Assembly: GCA_000990005.1 (NCBI GenBank)
Contig: LBPF01000004.1
Location: 1 to 59,299 of the forward strand
Length of the DNA stretch: 59,299 nucleotides
Reading direction: 5' to 3'
DNA from: Candidatus Woesebacteria bacterium GW2011_GWB1_33_38
GTDB lineage: Bacteria; Patescibacteriota; Microgenomatia; UBA8517
Shown: positions 33,647-44,082 of the stretch, one piece after another
Layout of the letters: each line of letters starts with the position of its first letter
Numbering within the stretch: the first letter of the stretch is position 1
Translations under genes and position numbers: made by a program
Notes under the pieces: generated by a model
Databases searched by the model: none
What the model was told of the DNA's origin: nothing
The model's input: the letters and a program-made list of their open reading frames with translations, nothing else

Positions 33647-34612
33647 ATGAATTCAACTGTCCAACGGCTTTTAGCTCCATACAAAGGAATTTTGGCGGCT
33701 GATGAATCAACAAAAACAATTGAGAAAAGGCTTATGGCTTATGGTCTACAGTCTACTGAAGAAATAAAACAAGCATACAGAAAAATGCTTTTTACAACCC
33801 CAGACATAGAAAAATATATAAGTGGAATAATTTTATATAAAGATAGCTTAGATTTTATTCCACTTCTGAATCAAAAAGGAATTACTGCTGGTATTAAAGT
33901 TGATGAGGGATTGGAAAGTTTTAATGGAACAGAGGAAGAAGTAACTAAGGGCTTAGAAGGTCTTTCAGCAAGACTTGATAAATATATAAATCTTGGAGTA
34001 AGGTTTACCAAATGGAGGGCAGTTATTAAGATTTCTAATATTTATCCTAGTGATACTTTTTTGGAAGAGAATCTTGGTAGAATGTCCAAATATGCAAAAA
34101 TGGTACAAGAAAAAGAAATAACACCAATTGTTGAGCCAGAAGTGCTACTTGATGGAAATCATACTACCGCAAGATGTGAAGAAACCATGACCAAAACACT
34201 TAAGAAATTATTCGAGCTTCTAATCAAAGAGAATGTTGATTTGGATAATTTGCTACTCAAAAGTAGTATGGTTTTGCCTGGTAAAGATAGTGGGGTTGAA
34301 GCTTTACCATTGGAGGTAGCCAACGCAACACTTCGTACTTTTAGAAACTCAGTTCCAAACAAATTAAGAGGGATTGTTTTCCTTTCAGGGGGGCAAACTT
34401 CAGACCAAGCTATAAATAATTTAAATGAAATCGTCAAATTAAATATTGGCAATAAATTTGGTCCTTGGGATATCTCATTTTCTTATTCGAGGGCTTTACA
34501 AAATGACGCCTTAGCCATCTGGATAGGTAAAATCGAGAATGTGACTAATGCGCAAGAAGTTTTTGGTAAGAGATTGCAAATGGTATCGAAAGCTAGAATG
34601 GGAGAACTATGA
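33647..34612 (+). CDS. fba: fructose-bisphosphate aldolase, class I
   Basis: GILAADESTKTIEKRL, KWRAVIKI, LLKSSMV. Confidence 0.8.
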   Translation: MNSTVQRLLAPYKGILAADESTKTIEKRLMAYGLQSTEEIKQAYRKMLFTTPDIEKYISGIILYKDSLDFIPLLNQKGITAGIKVDEGLESFNGTEEEVTKGLEGLSARLDKYINLGVRFTKWRAVIKISNIYPSDTFLEENLGRMSKYAKMVQEKEITPIVEPEVLLDGNHTTARCEETMTKTLKKLFELLIKENVDLDNLLLKSSMVLPGKDSGVEALPLEVANATLRTFRNSVPNKLRGIVFLSGGQTSDQAINNLNEIVKLNIGNKFGPWDISFSYSRALQNDALAIWIGKIENVTNAQEVFGKRLQMVSKARMGEL

Positions 34613-35598
34613 ATTTTGATTTACTATCAGTAGGAGATGCTAATTTAGATGCTTTTATTCATCCTTCTGAATCTGAGTCGCTTTGCGACATTAATACAAA
34701 AGAGTGTTTAATTGCTTTTTCATATGCCGACAAAATTCCAGTTAAGGATTTGGAGTTTTCTGTAGGAGGAAATGCTGCCAATAATGCAGTCGGGATCAAA
34801 AGATTGGGAATTAATGTGGGGACTGTTTTAACTCTTGGAGATGACAGTACAGGACTTCAAATTATTGAAAAATTAAAACAAGAAAATGTAGATTTAACTT
34901 ATGTTGTACAACAACCTTCAACACTTTCAAATTTTAATGTAGCAATAACTTACACAGGGGAGCGAACCATTTTTACATATCATGCGCCCCGTTCTTATGA
35001 ATTTCCTGTTCAACTTCCTAAAATCCCATGGCTTTACTTAACCTCAATGGGAGAGTCATTTAGACCGTTTTATAACCACATTACTGAATGGCTTGTCAAA
35101 AACCCTGAAGTTAATTTAGCTTTTAACCCAGGTAGTTGGCAGCTTCGGGCAGGCATGGAATCTTTAAATAGTATTTTTAAATTGACAAAAATAATCTTTG
35201 TTAATAAACAGGAAGCAGAAAAATTGATAGGATTTGAAGTTAAAGATGAAGTTACTAAAGAATTGCTTGTCGCCTTATCAAATTTGGGCCCAAAAATGTC
35301 GGTTATCACTGATGGTGGAAATGGTGCGTATGTTTTTGATGGAGTTAAATGTTTCCACTCTGGGGTGCTTCCTGTTGATGCATATGAAAGAACTGGGGCG
35401 GGAGATGCCTTTGGTTCAGGGTTTTTAGGTGCAATAATTAAAGGCAAAACAACAGAAGAAGCTTTAGTCTGGGGAACTGTTAATTCAGCTTCTGTTATCG
35501 GTTATGTGGGAGCTCAAAAAGGGCTTTTAAAGATAGAAGATATTGATACTTGGGTAGAAAGAGCCAGATCTTCAGGAGTAAAAGTAGAAGAAATATGA
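34609..35598 (+). CDS. PfkB-family carbohydrate kinase
   Basis: GGNAANNA and TGAGDAFGSGFL motifs. Confidence 0.8.
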   Translation: MNFDLLSVGDANLDAFIHPSESESLCDINTKECLIAFSYADKIPVKDLEFSVGGNAANNAVGIKRLGINVGTVLTLGDDSTGLQIIEKLKQENVDLTYVVQQPSTLSNFNVAITYTGERTIFTYHAPRSYEFPVQLPKIPWLYLTSMGESFRPFYNHITEWLVKNPEVNLAFNPGSWQLRAGMESLNSIFKLTKIIFVNKQEAEKLIGFEVKDEVTKELLVALSNLGPKMSVITDGGNGAYVFDGVKCFHSGVLPVDAYERTGAGDAFGSGFLGAIIKGKTTEEALVWGTVNSASVIGYVGAQKGLLKIEDIDTWVERARSSGVKVEEI

Positions 35599-35650
35599 AC
35601 ATTTGAAAAATGTTGACATCTGTCATAACTTGTTATAACATTGTAATAAC

Positions 35651-35899
35651 ATGCAAATACAGACAATTTTTAAAGCTGGGAATAGTGATGTTGTTTCTAT
35701 CCCAAGAGATTTAGCCGATGAATATGGCTATAATCAAGGCTTGATGGTCCAAGTTGTGCCAACTGGATATGGCGACGATTTAATTATAAAAAAGGTTAAA
35801 AAAATTAATAAATCAAAATCTAAAATTACGACTGAATTTAAAAGCTGGCTTAAATCCACATTAGATGAAGACGGGGAGATTTTAGATGAACTTGCATAA
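35651..35899 (+). CDS. AbrB-type (Phd-like) antitoxin
   Basis: KAGNSDVVSIPRDLADEYG. Overlaps doc. Confidence 0.55.
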   Translation: MQIQTIFKAGNSDVVSIPRDLADEYGYNQGLMVQVVPTGYGDDLIIKKVKKINKSKSKITTEFKSWLKSTLDEDGEILDELA

Positions 35900-36275
35900 A
35901 TTAGACATCTCAGAAGTTTATGCAATTCATGAAGCGATTATAAAAAGAGCAAAAACTAAGGCATCAATTCGAGACTTTTCTCTACTTCATTCTGCAGTTG
36001 AAAGACCATATACAACATTTGAGGGCCAAGATTTATACCAAACTATATTTTTGAAGGCTGGAGCTTTAATTCAATCAATTTGTTTGAATCACGCCTTTTC
36101 AGACGGCAACAAAAGAACGGCTTGGATTGCAACAAAAAGATTTTTATGGATAAATGGATATCATCTAAAGTCTGAGGCTAAAGAAGCAGTCGATTTTATG
36201 ATCTGGATAGATAATAGTCACTCAGAACTTAAAAAAATATCAAATTGGTTGAAAAATCATTCCAAGAAAGTTTAA
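35886..36275 (+). CDS. doc: Doc (Fic-fold) toxin
   Basis: Fic/Doc motif HAFSDGNKRTA. Confidence 0.8.
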   Translation: MNLHKLDISEVYAIHEAIIKRAKTKASIRDFSLLHSAVERPYTTFEGQDLYQTIFLKAGALIQSICLNHAFSDGNKRTAWIATKRFLWINGYHLKSEAKEAVDFMIWIDNSHSELKKISNWLKNHSKKV

Positions 36276-36881
36276 CTAAGGTTTTAGAGTTGGACACGGG
36301 GCAAATTCACAATTTGGACCACTTCGACCAACACTTGTTCCGTCAGGACAAAGCTTAGCCTCCATTGTACAGGCGGTATTTTTATTTGCCATAAATTTAA
36401 TGGGTATTTCAAATGATTTGTTGTTTTGAGGTAAACCACTTGGATTATCAGCATGAACTACTATAAATCCGCTTTGGGCTGTTGTTACAAATGATATTGA
36501 AATTGAAAATAGGCCTCTGGAAACAACCTCGTTCTCAAAATTTACACTAACTGGCATCGAGTTTAATGGTTTTCGAGCGCTATCTAAGATTTCAATTGAA
36601 AATGTTGCTTCCCATGTCCAAGATTTATCTATTGTTCCGGATATATTGACTGGACTTGTAATTTTATCTCCGTTTTTGATGTTATTAATTACAACAGCTT
36701 GAGAAGGAATTATTGTTTGGATCGGGGTTTGGGATGGTGTTGTCAGATTCTGATTTCTAGATTCTGTCAACTCTCGTACTAAATTTTGTGTTTGCCAGGC
36801 AAAAAAACCAGCAATTATACAAGAAAGTAACAATAAAATAGATAAAAGTGAAATCAAGAAATTATTATTTTTGGGTTCCAT
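36276..36881 (-). CDS. membrane-anchored Ig-like (Gmad2-type) protein with Cys-rich C-terminus
   Basis: TM anchor, a beta-rich middle, and C-terminal CTMEAKLCPDGTSVGRSGPNCEFAPC. Confidence 0.4.
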   Translation of the reverse strand: MEPKNNNFLISLLSILLLLSCIIAGFFAWQTQNLVRELTESRNQNLTTPSQTPIQTIIPSQAVVINNIKNGDKITSPVNISGTIDKSWTWEATFSIEILDSARKPLNSMPVSVNFENEVVSRGLFSISISFVTTAQSGFIVVHADNPSGLPQNNKSFEIPIKFMANKNTACTMEAKLCPDGTSVGRSGPNCEFAPCPTLKP

Positions 36882-36918
36882 GCTTTATTTATGATATCAC
36901 AAATGTTACATTTAATTA

Positions 36919-37875
36919 ATGAAGATTTTTGTTACAAGAAAAGTTCCAGGTGACTTAGAGCCATTAAAAAAAGAAAATGAAGTAGTAATTTCAGAATTTG
37001 ATAGACCCCTAACTCCTGAAGAATTAATTGAAAAAGCAAAAGGGGTGGATGCCGTTCTTTCACTTTTGACTGATAAAATTGATGGGGAAGTAACGGATGC
37101 AATAGGACCACAACTTAAAGTTATTAGTAACTATGCTGTTGGTTTTGACAATATAAATATTACTGAAGCAACTGATCGTGGAATTGTTGTAACCAATACA
37201 TCCTGTGAGGAAGTTGATGAAGCCGTGGCAGAACATACTTGGGCTCTAATATCCGCTTTGACAAGAAGGGTTGTTGAAGCAGATGAAGCTACTAGGCGAG
37301 GGGCTTATAGAGGTTGGGAACCTGATATATTTTTAGGCACTTCTCTAATTGGGAAAACATTAGGAATTGTGGGTTTTGGTGGTATCGGGACAATGGTAGC
37401 TCGCCGTGCAGAAGGGTATAACATGAATGTTATATATACAAAACGTACAAAAGATGAAAAAAGTGTAGACCTTGATACTTTACTTGCCAACTCAGATGTA
37501 GTTACAATTCATGTTCCCCTAAATGATGAGACTAGACATATGTTTAATAAGGAGACTTTTGCCAAAATGAAAAAGGGAAGTTTTTTAATTAATACTGCTA
37601 GAGGCCCAATAGTTGACGAACATGATTTAGTTGACGCTCTAAGATCTGGGCATTTACAAGGTGCTGCTCTTGATGTTTTTGACAATGAACCAAACATTGA
37701 TCCTGAACTTATTGGTATGCCTAATGTTATAACCACACCACATATAGCCTCAGCAACACATGAAGCAAGAGAAGCCATGACTAAACTTGCAGTTAGCGGA
37801 ATACTTGACGTTTTTGCGTCTCATGAACCAGTTAATATTGTAAATAAAGAAGTATGGACGAAGAGAAGGGAATAA
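36919..37875 (+). CDS. D-isomer-specific 2-hydroxyacid dehydrogenase (glyoxylate/hydroxypyruvate reductase-like)
   Basis: GIVGFGGIGTMVARRA NAD-binding motif, and a catalytic region TPHIAS. Confidence 0.8.
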   Translation: MKIFVTRKVPGDLEPLKKENEVVISEFDRPLTPEELIEKAKGVDAVLSLLTDKIDGEVTDAIGPQLKVISNYAVGFDNINITEATDRGIVVTNTSCEEVDEAVAEHTWALISALTRRVVEADEATRRGAYRGWEPDIFLGTSLIGKTLGIVGFGGIGTMVARRAEGYNMNVIYTKRTKDEKSVDLDTLLANSDVVTIHVPLNDETRHMFNKETFAKMKKGSFLINTARGPIVDEHDLVDALRSGHLQGAALDVFDNEPNIDPELIGMPNVITTPHIASATHEAREAMTKLAVSGILDVFASHEPVNIVNKEVWTKRRE

Positions 37876-38777
37876 AAAGAGACGGTTTTAAAGATTTAAA
37901 ACCTGAAAACAAACGTACCAGAAAAGAACCTCAAAAGCCTTGGGGAATAAAAGAAAGACTAATTATTCTATTTACACTTCTGGTAACAGTTTTGACCTCA
38001 GCTTTTTTATCCCTGTCCTCTCGTAATTTTAAACTTCCCAACTCGCCTAAATTGTCTTTTTCTTTTAATTCTTTTAGCAAATTGTTTGAGGATCAGGTAA
38101 TAGTGGTTGGTAAAAAAGGAAATAAAGTATCACAAGAAAAAATAGAAAATGCAAAAAAACAATTTAATGAAGCAACTGATGGATATTCAGGAATTTATGC
38201 CTTTTACCTTTACGATTTAAACGGTGATTATTATTATGGACTAAACTATCAAGAGATTATGCAAGCAGCATCATTAATTAAACTCCCAGTTATGTATTTA
38301 GCCATGAAAGAGAATCAAGACAAGAGCCTGATAGAAGCAATGGGTAAAAGGTCAGATAATAACGCTTTCAATAAAATGGTTAATACACTAGGTAAAGAAA
38401 AAATAAACAAAACTATTTCAGAACTCGGAATGGTAAATACTTCATTTTCTGAAAATCTTACAACTCCTGAAGAAATTGGGATGTTTTTTGTTAAACTTTA
38501 TAAAAATGAAATCCTTAAAGAGGACGACACAAAGGAACTTACTAGTTTTATGACCAATACGATTTTTGAGGAATGGTTAAAACCTGGTCTACCAACAGGT
38601 GTAACACTTATTCATAAATATGGTCGAGAATCGGGAACAGTCAATGATGCTGGAATTGTTTTATCTTCAAAACCCTTTGTGTTGGTTATTATGACCGATG
38701 GTGTAATTGAAAGAGAAGCTGACGAACTATTTCCAAAACTCTCAAAAATATTGTATGATAATCATATAAAGGAATAA
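37854..38777 (+). CDS. class A beta-lactamase-fold serine hydrolase, membrane anchored
   Basis: SLIK (SxxK), SDN, and HKYG (KTG-like) motifs in the right order. Confidence 0.6.
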   Translation: MDEEKGIKRDGFKDLKPENKRTRKEPQKPWGIKERLIILFTLLVTVLTSAFLSLSSRNFKLPNSPKLSFSFNSFSKLFEDQVIVVGKKGNKVSQEKIENAKKQFNEATDGYSGIYAFYLYDLNGDYYYGLNYQEIMQAASLIKLPVMYLAMKENQDKSLIEAMGKRSDNNAFNKMVNTLGKEKINKTISELGMVNTSFSENLTTPEEIGMFFVKLYKNEILKEDDTKELTSFMTNTIFEEWLKPGLPTGVTLIHKYGRESGTVNDAGIVLSSKPFVLVIMTDGVIEREADELFPKLSKILYDNHIKE

Positions 38778-38778
38778 T

Positions 38779-39459
38779 ATGAAGGGTCCAATAGAATATA
38801 TAAAAGAAGCTTGGAGTATTTACTTTAAAAAAGAAAACTTTTTATTTTTTGTCAAAATAATGGCAGTGTTGACGATTGTTTCTACATCTTTAAGTTATTT
38901 AATATATTATTTATATCCAGTAATTAATTGGCAAAATTTTGAATTTGACAATACTGGAATGGCTGTTGGATTTCTTGCTTTGGCATTATTATCAACTATC
39001 TTTTATTTTTATTCACAGTCAACAACCTATTCTGCAATTTTAAATATTAATTTATCAGAAAAAGAGATATTTAAATTAGGATATAGAAAAATGTGGAGAT
39101 TTCTCTTAATTTCATTGATAGTTGGTTTAATAATTGGTTTTGGTGCGTTGTTGTTAATTATTCCCGCATTAATTTTTGGAATTTGGTATTCATTCTCAAT
39201 TTTTCTAGTTTTAGACAAAGAACTTAGAGTCAAAGAGGCTTTGAAACAGAGTAAGGCTATGGTTAAAGGTAAGTTTTGGGTAATTCTGGGTAGGAATCTA
39301 GTCTTTGGTTTGTTTGGATTTTTAATAAGCTTTATTTTTGGCCTTATTCCTTATGCTGGAGGAATTTTAGTTTCTTTTCTAGCGCCCCTGTTTGTTCTCC
39401 CAAGTTATTTACTCTACAGAGATTTGAGCAGCGGGCTGGATAATCTTAGGGCAGTTTAA
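38779..39459 (+). CDS. polytopic membrane protein
   Basis: Multiple TM helices. No recognisable motif. Confidence 0.4.
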   Translation: MKGPIEYIKEAWSIYFKKENFLFFVKIMAVLTIVSTSLSYLIYYLYPVINWQNFEFDNTGMAVGFLALALLSTIFYFYSQSTTYSAILNINLSEKEIFKLGYRKMWRFLLISLIVGLIIGFGALLLIIPALIFGIWYSFSIFLVLDKELRVKEALKQSKAMVKGKFWVILGRNLVFGLFGFLISFIFGLIPYAGGILVSFLAPLFVLPSYLLYRDLSSGLDNLRAV

Positions 39460-41601
39460 TTGTCTTTCCTCCAAAAACCATTCTTTTCGGCTATAACATT
39501 CTTTATAGACAAGTCCTTCTGGTGCTTCATATTCATCAATTGGCTGATTAACAAGCAAACTTCTCATTATTTTGTTCCACACTGGCGCAGCGCCAGTAAT
39601 TCCTGATGCGATTCTATTCATTGGAGAACCATCATTATTCCCAACCCAAACAGCAACTACATAATTTTTGTTAAAGCCAACTGTCAAATTATCTTTTAGA
39701 TCATTGCTTGTGCCTGTTTTTACAGCAATTTCGGGGTGATTTGGAATAACAAGCATAGAATTTGTTCCAAAAGCTCTTGATCTTGCTACATTGTCCCTTA
39801 AAACATCAAGCAGTAAAAATGCAATTCTGGGGTCAAGTACAGAATTTTGGATTTTTTCAAATCGACTTTCTTTATAAAGAATTTTACCATGAAGTGGCAA
39901 GCTCCGCTTATTTTTGTAATTTTTTATTTCAGAAATTGACTTAATTTCTTCTCTAACTCCATTATTTGCAATAATTGAATAGACCTGGGCAAGATCTAAT
40001 AATTTAACTTCTCCGCCACCCAATGTTAGTGATAATCCAAATCGAGATGGATCGTCCCAAGTTGTTATTCCCATTTTTTGCCCCATTTCAATCATTTTAG
40101 ATACACCCACTGAGGCAAGAATCTTAACTGCGGGAATGTTTCTTGATTCTGCCAATGCTTGTCTAACTGTGATCTTTCCTCTAAATTCACCATCATAATT
40201 CTTAGGTGAATAAGGTTTTTGTCCGGGAACCGTAAAGGTAATTGGTGAGTCTTCAATTACCGACGCTAGTGTTAAACCACTTGAAAGTGCAACTGCATAA
40301 TTTACTACTTTAATTGATGATCCAGGTTGTCTAAGTCTCGTTGTGACATTCACATTACCTCCAGTAGTAGTATCAAAGTAATCTTTTGATCCAACCATGG
40401 CTAGAATCTCACCATTTTTAGGATTTAAAACAACAACTGCAGCATTACCTACGTTTAAATTTTTTAGTTTTGTAAGTTCTTCATCAACGACCTTTTCAGC
40501 TAGGGTCTGAATATTTAGATCAAGTGTGGTTTTGACTATTAAACCGCCCTTTTGAACAACTTCTTCATTATATTCTTCTATTAGTTTCTCTCTAATATAC
40601 ATTACAAAATGAGGAGCTAAAATTTGTTGTTTGTTTGAAGCAAAAGTAATTCTTTCTAATTTTGCCATTTCTTCTTCCTCCAAGGTTATATATCTATTAA
40701 TCTTCATTAAATGTAATATTTCTCTTTGTCTGGAGAATGTTAAATCAGGATTATTGCCAAAGGGTGAGTATCTTGTAGGACTTTGAGGAAGACCAGCCAG
40801 AAGTGCAGCCTCAGATAACGTCAAGTCCTTCGCAGATTTATCAAAATAATGTTTAGAGGCCTCCTCAATGCCGTAGGTGGTTCCGCCGTAAGAAACTTCA
40901 TTAAGATACATTTCTAAAATTTCGTCTTTACTGAAATTCATTTCAACACCAATTGAGAGAATAAGCTCGCGGATTTTTCTGATATATGTTTTTTCAGAAG
41001 AAAGCAAAGCATTTTTAACTAATTGCTGTGTGATTGTTGATCCACCTTCTAGTTTACCCTCACTCAAGTTTTTACTTAAGGCTCTAAGCATTCCGCGAAT
41101 TGAAAATCCAATATGATTGTAAAATTCAGCATCTTCGGCTGCAAGAGTAGCGAGCCGTACATTTATTGGTAGATCGATAAGTTTTACAGGTGTTCTGTTT
41201 TTGTCTTTATAAATTGTGTAAAGAAGAATATTATTTCTGTCATATATTTTTGTTGAAACTTCCTGCTCACGAGTTAATAGGTCTTTAGGGGAGGGAAGGT
41301 CTTTTAATACGAAAAAGTAAGCAAAGCTTGCCACTATCGTGGTAAAAAATAAAAAAATATGAATCTTGATCGCAACTTTTGGAAATTTAATTTTATATTT
41401 TGGATATATGACTTTATAAATTTTTATTTTTGGAAGTTTTGGTAATTTAATTGATCGAACAATATGCCCAATAAAATACAATATAAAAAAAATTGCAATA
41501 AAGATATGGGAGAGAATAAAATAAAAAGGGCGACCGACGGAGGTTAATACTGCCGTAAGTAGTGATAGGGCAGTAATGGTTTTCTTCTTTCTAAAAGCCA
41601 C
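39409..41601 (-). CDS. bifunctional penicillin-binding protein 1A (glycosyltransferase + transpeptidase)
   Basis: EDAEFYNHIGF, GGSTITQQL, PGSSIKV. GTG start. Confidence 0.9.
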   Translation of the reverse strand: MAFRKKKTITALSLLTAVLTSVGRPFYFILSHIFIAIFFILYFIGHIVRSIKLPKLPKIKIYKVIYPKYKIKFPKVAIKIHIFLFFTTIVASFAYFFVLKDLPSPKDLLTREQEVSTKIYDRNNILLYTIYKDKNRTPVKLIDLPINVRLATLAAEDAEFYNHIGFSIRGMLRALSKNLSEGKLEGGSTITQQLVKNALLSSEKTYIRKIRELILSIGVEMNFSKDEILEMYLNEVSYGGTTYGIEEASKHYFDKSAKDLTLSEAALLAGLPQSPTRYSPFGNNPDLTFSRQREILHLMKINRYITLEEEEMAKLERITFASNKQQILAPHFVMYIREKLIEEYNEEVVQKGGLIVKTTLDLNIQTLAEKVVDEELTKLKNLNVGNAAVVVLNPKNGEILAMVGSKDYFDTTTGGNVNVTTRLRQPGSSIKVVNYAVALSSGLTLASVIEDSPITFTVPGQKPYSPKNYDGEFRGKITVRQALAESRNIPAVKILASVGVSKMIEMGQKMGITTWDDPSRFGLSLTLGGGEVKLLDLAQVYSIIANNGVREEIKSISEIKNYKNKRSLPLHGKILYKESRFEKIQNSVLDPRIAFLLLDVLRDNVARSRAFGTNSMLVIPNHPEIAVKTGTSNDLKDNLTVGFNKNYVVAVWVGNNDGSPMNRIASGITGAAPVWNKIMRSLLVNQPIDEYEAPEGLVYKECYSRKEWFLEERQLNCPKIIQPAAQISVE

Positions 41602-41639
41602 GGGGCAATTGTAACATTAAGATCACAACTTATGAAGCC

Positions 41640-41762
41640 TTAACCTGTTTTTGATACAAAGCAAGAAGTTTTATTTGAAATCCTTTTTCTAGCTTCACTT
41701 TGCATTCCAGCCATTATGAAATTATCATAAGCTCTACATAAGGCATTCGTAAAAGTCTCCAT
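41640..41762 (-). CDS. 40-aa ORF behind a (CA)n-type promoter (P4, not in ORF track)
   Basis: METFTNALCRAYDNFIMAGMQSEARKRISNKTSCFVSKTG. The ATG lies 7 nt after TATACT. Confidence 0.35.
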   Translation of the reverse strand: METFTNALCRAYDNFIMAGMQSEARKRISNKTSCFVSKTG

Positions 41763-41769
41763 GGTCAGC

Positions 41770-41798
41770 AGTATAGCCAGCGTGTGTGTGAATGTCAA
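41770..41798 (-). promoter_or_regulatory. TTGACA-N17[(CA)4]-TATACT promoter
   Basis: Minus strand reads TTGACAttcacacacacgctggcTATACTgctgaccATG. Confidence 0.5.
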
Positions 41799-41855
41799 GA
41801 CTATGGGCGTTTTTTAGGAGTCTGTAAGGGTCGGACCTTTTTACAGATTTCTCTT

Positions 41856-44081
41856 TTAAGGTCCGACCCTGTTAGAAAGTGGGTATTTGATTATGGCAGA
41901 TTGTGATGCAATGGGGCAACTTAAGCAATAAAGACCTCCCACTGGATCTGTGTAAACAGGTCTATTAGTTGTTTCTACTTGTTCAGGTAAAAAGTCTTTT
42001 AAAGCCATTTGACCTGTATCTTTAAAAATTATGATGTCTTGGCTAACAACATTGGTTGTGGTGGGAACGGTCCCTTCAAGGAAATACTCAAATCTGGCTG
42101 GACAGCCTGGATTATTTGGATCTCCAGACGGTATAGCATCACCAGTATCTGCACAAATTGTTGCTCCAACGACATTTTCAGGTTGCAATGGCCAAGAGTG
42201 TCCACCATCGTCTTGATCATATTCGCCCTTTTCACTTTTATCGAGTGCAAACTTAATTATTTTATTCCAAATTGGGGATGCTCCAGACACTCCAGAGACA
42301 GCACCACTCATAGGTGTGTTGTCGTTGTTACCAACCCAAACAACAACTGCAATTTGTTTTGTAAACCCAACAGTCCAGTTATCACGTCTGTCGTTTGTGG
42401 TTCCTGTTTTAACAGACACTTCTGGGTGACCTTTAACATTTAAGAAGCTTGTGGGTCCAAATGCTTGGGATCTAGCATTATTATCATGCAGTATATGCGA
42501 AATTAAAAATGTTGTTCCAACGTCAAGTACTTTTTCGCCATCTAACTTACTATCATTAATATTAATTTCTTTCAAAATCTTACCTTTCCAATCTTCGATT
42601 TTTGTAATAGCAACAAGAGGTTGTTTGACCCCATCATTTGCAAATACTCCAAAGGCTACTACCATATCATATGGTTTTACCTCACCTCCACCTAGTGTCA
42701 ACGAAAGACCATACCTATCAGGATCTACCAGTGTGGTTAAACCCATATTTCTAGCAAAATCTATAAATTCTTTAATTCCGTTTAAGGCAAGAATTTTAAC
42801 TGCTGGAATATTAAATGAATTACCTAGTGCAAAACGAGTTTGAACCAGACCGTGATAAGTTCCATCATAATTTTTGGGGCAATATAACGACTGTCCAGCA
42901 ACCGAGAAACAAGATGACACATCAGCAAACGTCGTAGCTGCAGTAATTTTTTTGTTCGCAATAGCCATGGCATAGTTAATTGGTTTTATGGATGATCCGG
43001 GTTGTCTTTCAGCTAATATTACATTGACTTTTCCATCTTCATCCTCCGCAAAATAATCTTTACTGCCAACCATAGCGAGTATTTCTCCTGTTGCTGGATG
43101 TGTAACAATTGCTGCCCCGTTTCCTACTTTTTGTTTTTTTAACTTACCAACCTCAGATGCAACTGTACTTTCCGCAAAATTTTGTAAATCCAAATCAAGT
43201 GTTGTTGTTACACGTAGTCCTCCTTGTTCTACTTTTTTCTCTCCATACTTTTCAACTAATTGATCTTTAACCCAAAGAGCAAAATGGGGGGCACTGGGAG
43301 CTTTAATTTTTGCATATTTTAATTCTTCAGCAAATGCTTTATCAGCTTCTTCCTGAGGCAAATATTTGTTTTTAATCATTTGGTTTAAAACTTCTCTTTG
43401 CCTAATTTTTGCAAGTTCTGGGTGTGCTCCAAAGGGTGAATACCTGGTAGGACTTTGAGGCAGACCTGCAATTAATGTAGCCTCCGCCAGTGTTAAATTT
43501 TTCGCTACTTTATTAAAATAAAGCTCACTTGCAGATTCTATCCCGTAAGCTGTCGAGCCGTATGGAATCTGATTTAAATACATTTCTAGAATTTGATCTT
43601 TAGAATATATTCCCTCTACAAACATGGTTAAAAAAAATTCTCTTGCTTTTCTTCTGACTGTTCTTTCAGGAGTAAGTAAAGAATTCTTGACAAGTTGTTG
43701 AGTTAAAGTAGACCCTCCTTCAATTTTACCCCTAGTGACAATTTTCCAGACTGCACGGGCTATGCCCGTAAAAGAAAAACCATAATGTTTGTAAAAATCT
43801 TTGTCCTCGATTGCAATGGTTGAATTTTTAATATAATCAGGTAAAGAATCTAAGTCTACAGGACTTCTTCTGGTGTCAGCATATACTTCATAAATTAATT
43901 TACTACTTCTATCAAGAATTTTAGTTGATACAGGAATATCTAGGGAAGACAACTTAGTGGGTAAGGGGATGCCCCAAAAAAGCCAAAATGAAAAAGAAAT
44001 AAGAACGGTAAAAAAGATAATTCTTTTTCTATTATATACAGTTGAAAGATGGCCTCTGATTTTAAGAATCAACAATTTCAT
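41856..44081 (-). CDS. bifunctional penicillin-binding protein 1A (second paralog)
   Basis: EDKDFYKHYGF, GGSTLTQQL, PGSSIKP. Confidence 0.9.
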   Translation of the reverse strand: MKLLILKIRGHLSTVYNRKRIIFFTVLISFSFWLFWGIPLPTKLSSLDIPVSTKILDRSSKLIYEVYADTRRSPVDLDSLPDYIKNSTIAIEDKDFYKHYGFSFTGIARAVWKIVTRGKIEGGSTLTQQLVKNSLLTPERTVRRKAREFFLTMFVEGIYSKDQILEMYLNQIPYGSTAYGIESASELYFNKVAKNLTLAEATLIAGLPQSPTRYSPFGAHPELAKIRQREVLNQMIKNKYLPQEEADKAFAEELKYAKIKAPSAPHFALWVKDQLVEKYGEKKVEQGGLRVTTTLDLDLQNFAESTVASEVGKLKKQKVGNGAAIVTHPATGEILAMVGSKDYFAEDEDGKVNVILAERQPGSSIKPINYAMAIANKKITAATTFADVSSCFSVAGQSLYCPKNYDGTYHGLVQTRFALGNSFNIPAVKILALNGIKEFIDFARNMGLTTLVDPDRYGLSLTLGGGEVKPYDMVVAFGVFANDGVKQPLVAITKIEDWKGKILKEININDSKLDGEKVLDVGTTFLISHILHDNNARSQAFGPTSFLNVKGHPEVSVKTGTTNDRRDNWTVGFTKQIAVVVWVGNNDNTPMSGAVSGVSGASPIWNKIIKFALDKSEKGEYDQDDGGHSWPLQPENVVGATICADTGDAIPSGDPNNPGCPARFEYFLEGTVPTTTNVVSQDIIIFKDTGQMALKDFLPEQVETTNRPVYTDPVGGLYCLSCPIASQSAIIKYPLSNRVGP

Positions 44082-44082
44082 T

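Noticed and set aside
42009-42843. Plus-strand ORFs inside the PBP1A gene (42009..42443, 42031..42216, 42451..42843), and similar antisense ORFs inside gap, fba, pfkB, nrdJ, dnaG and rpoD.
   Set aside because: They lie wholly within strongly supported genes on the opposite strand or in another frame. They have no motifs, start context or promoter.
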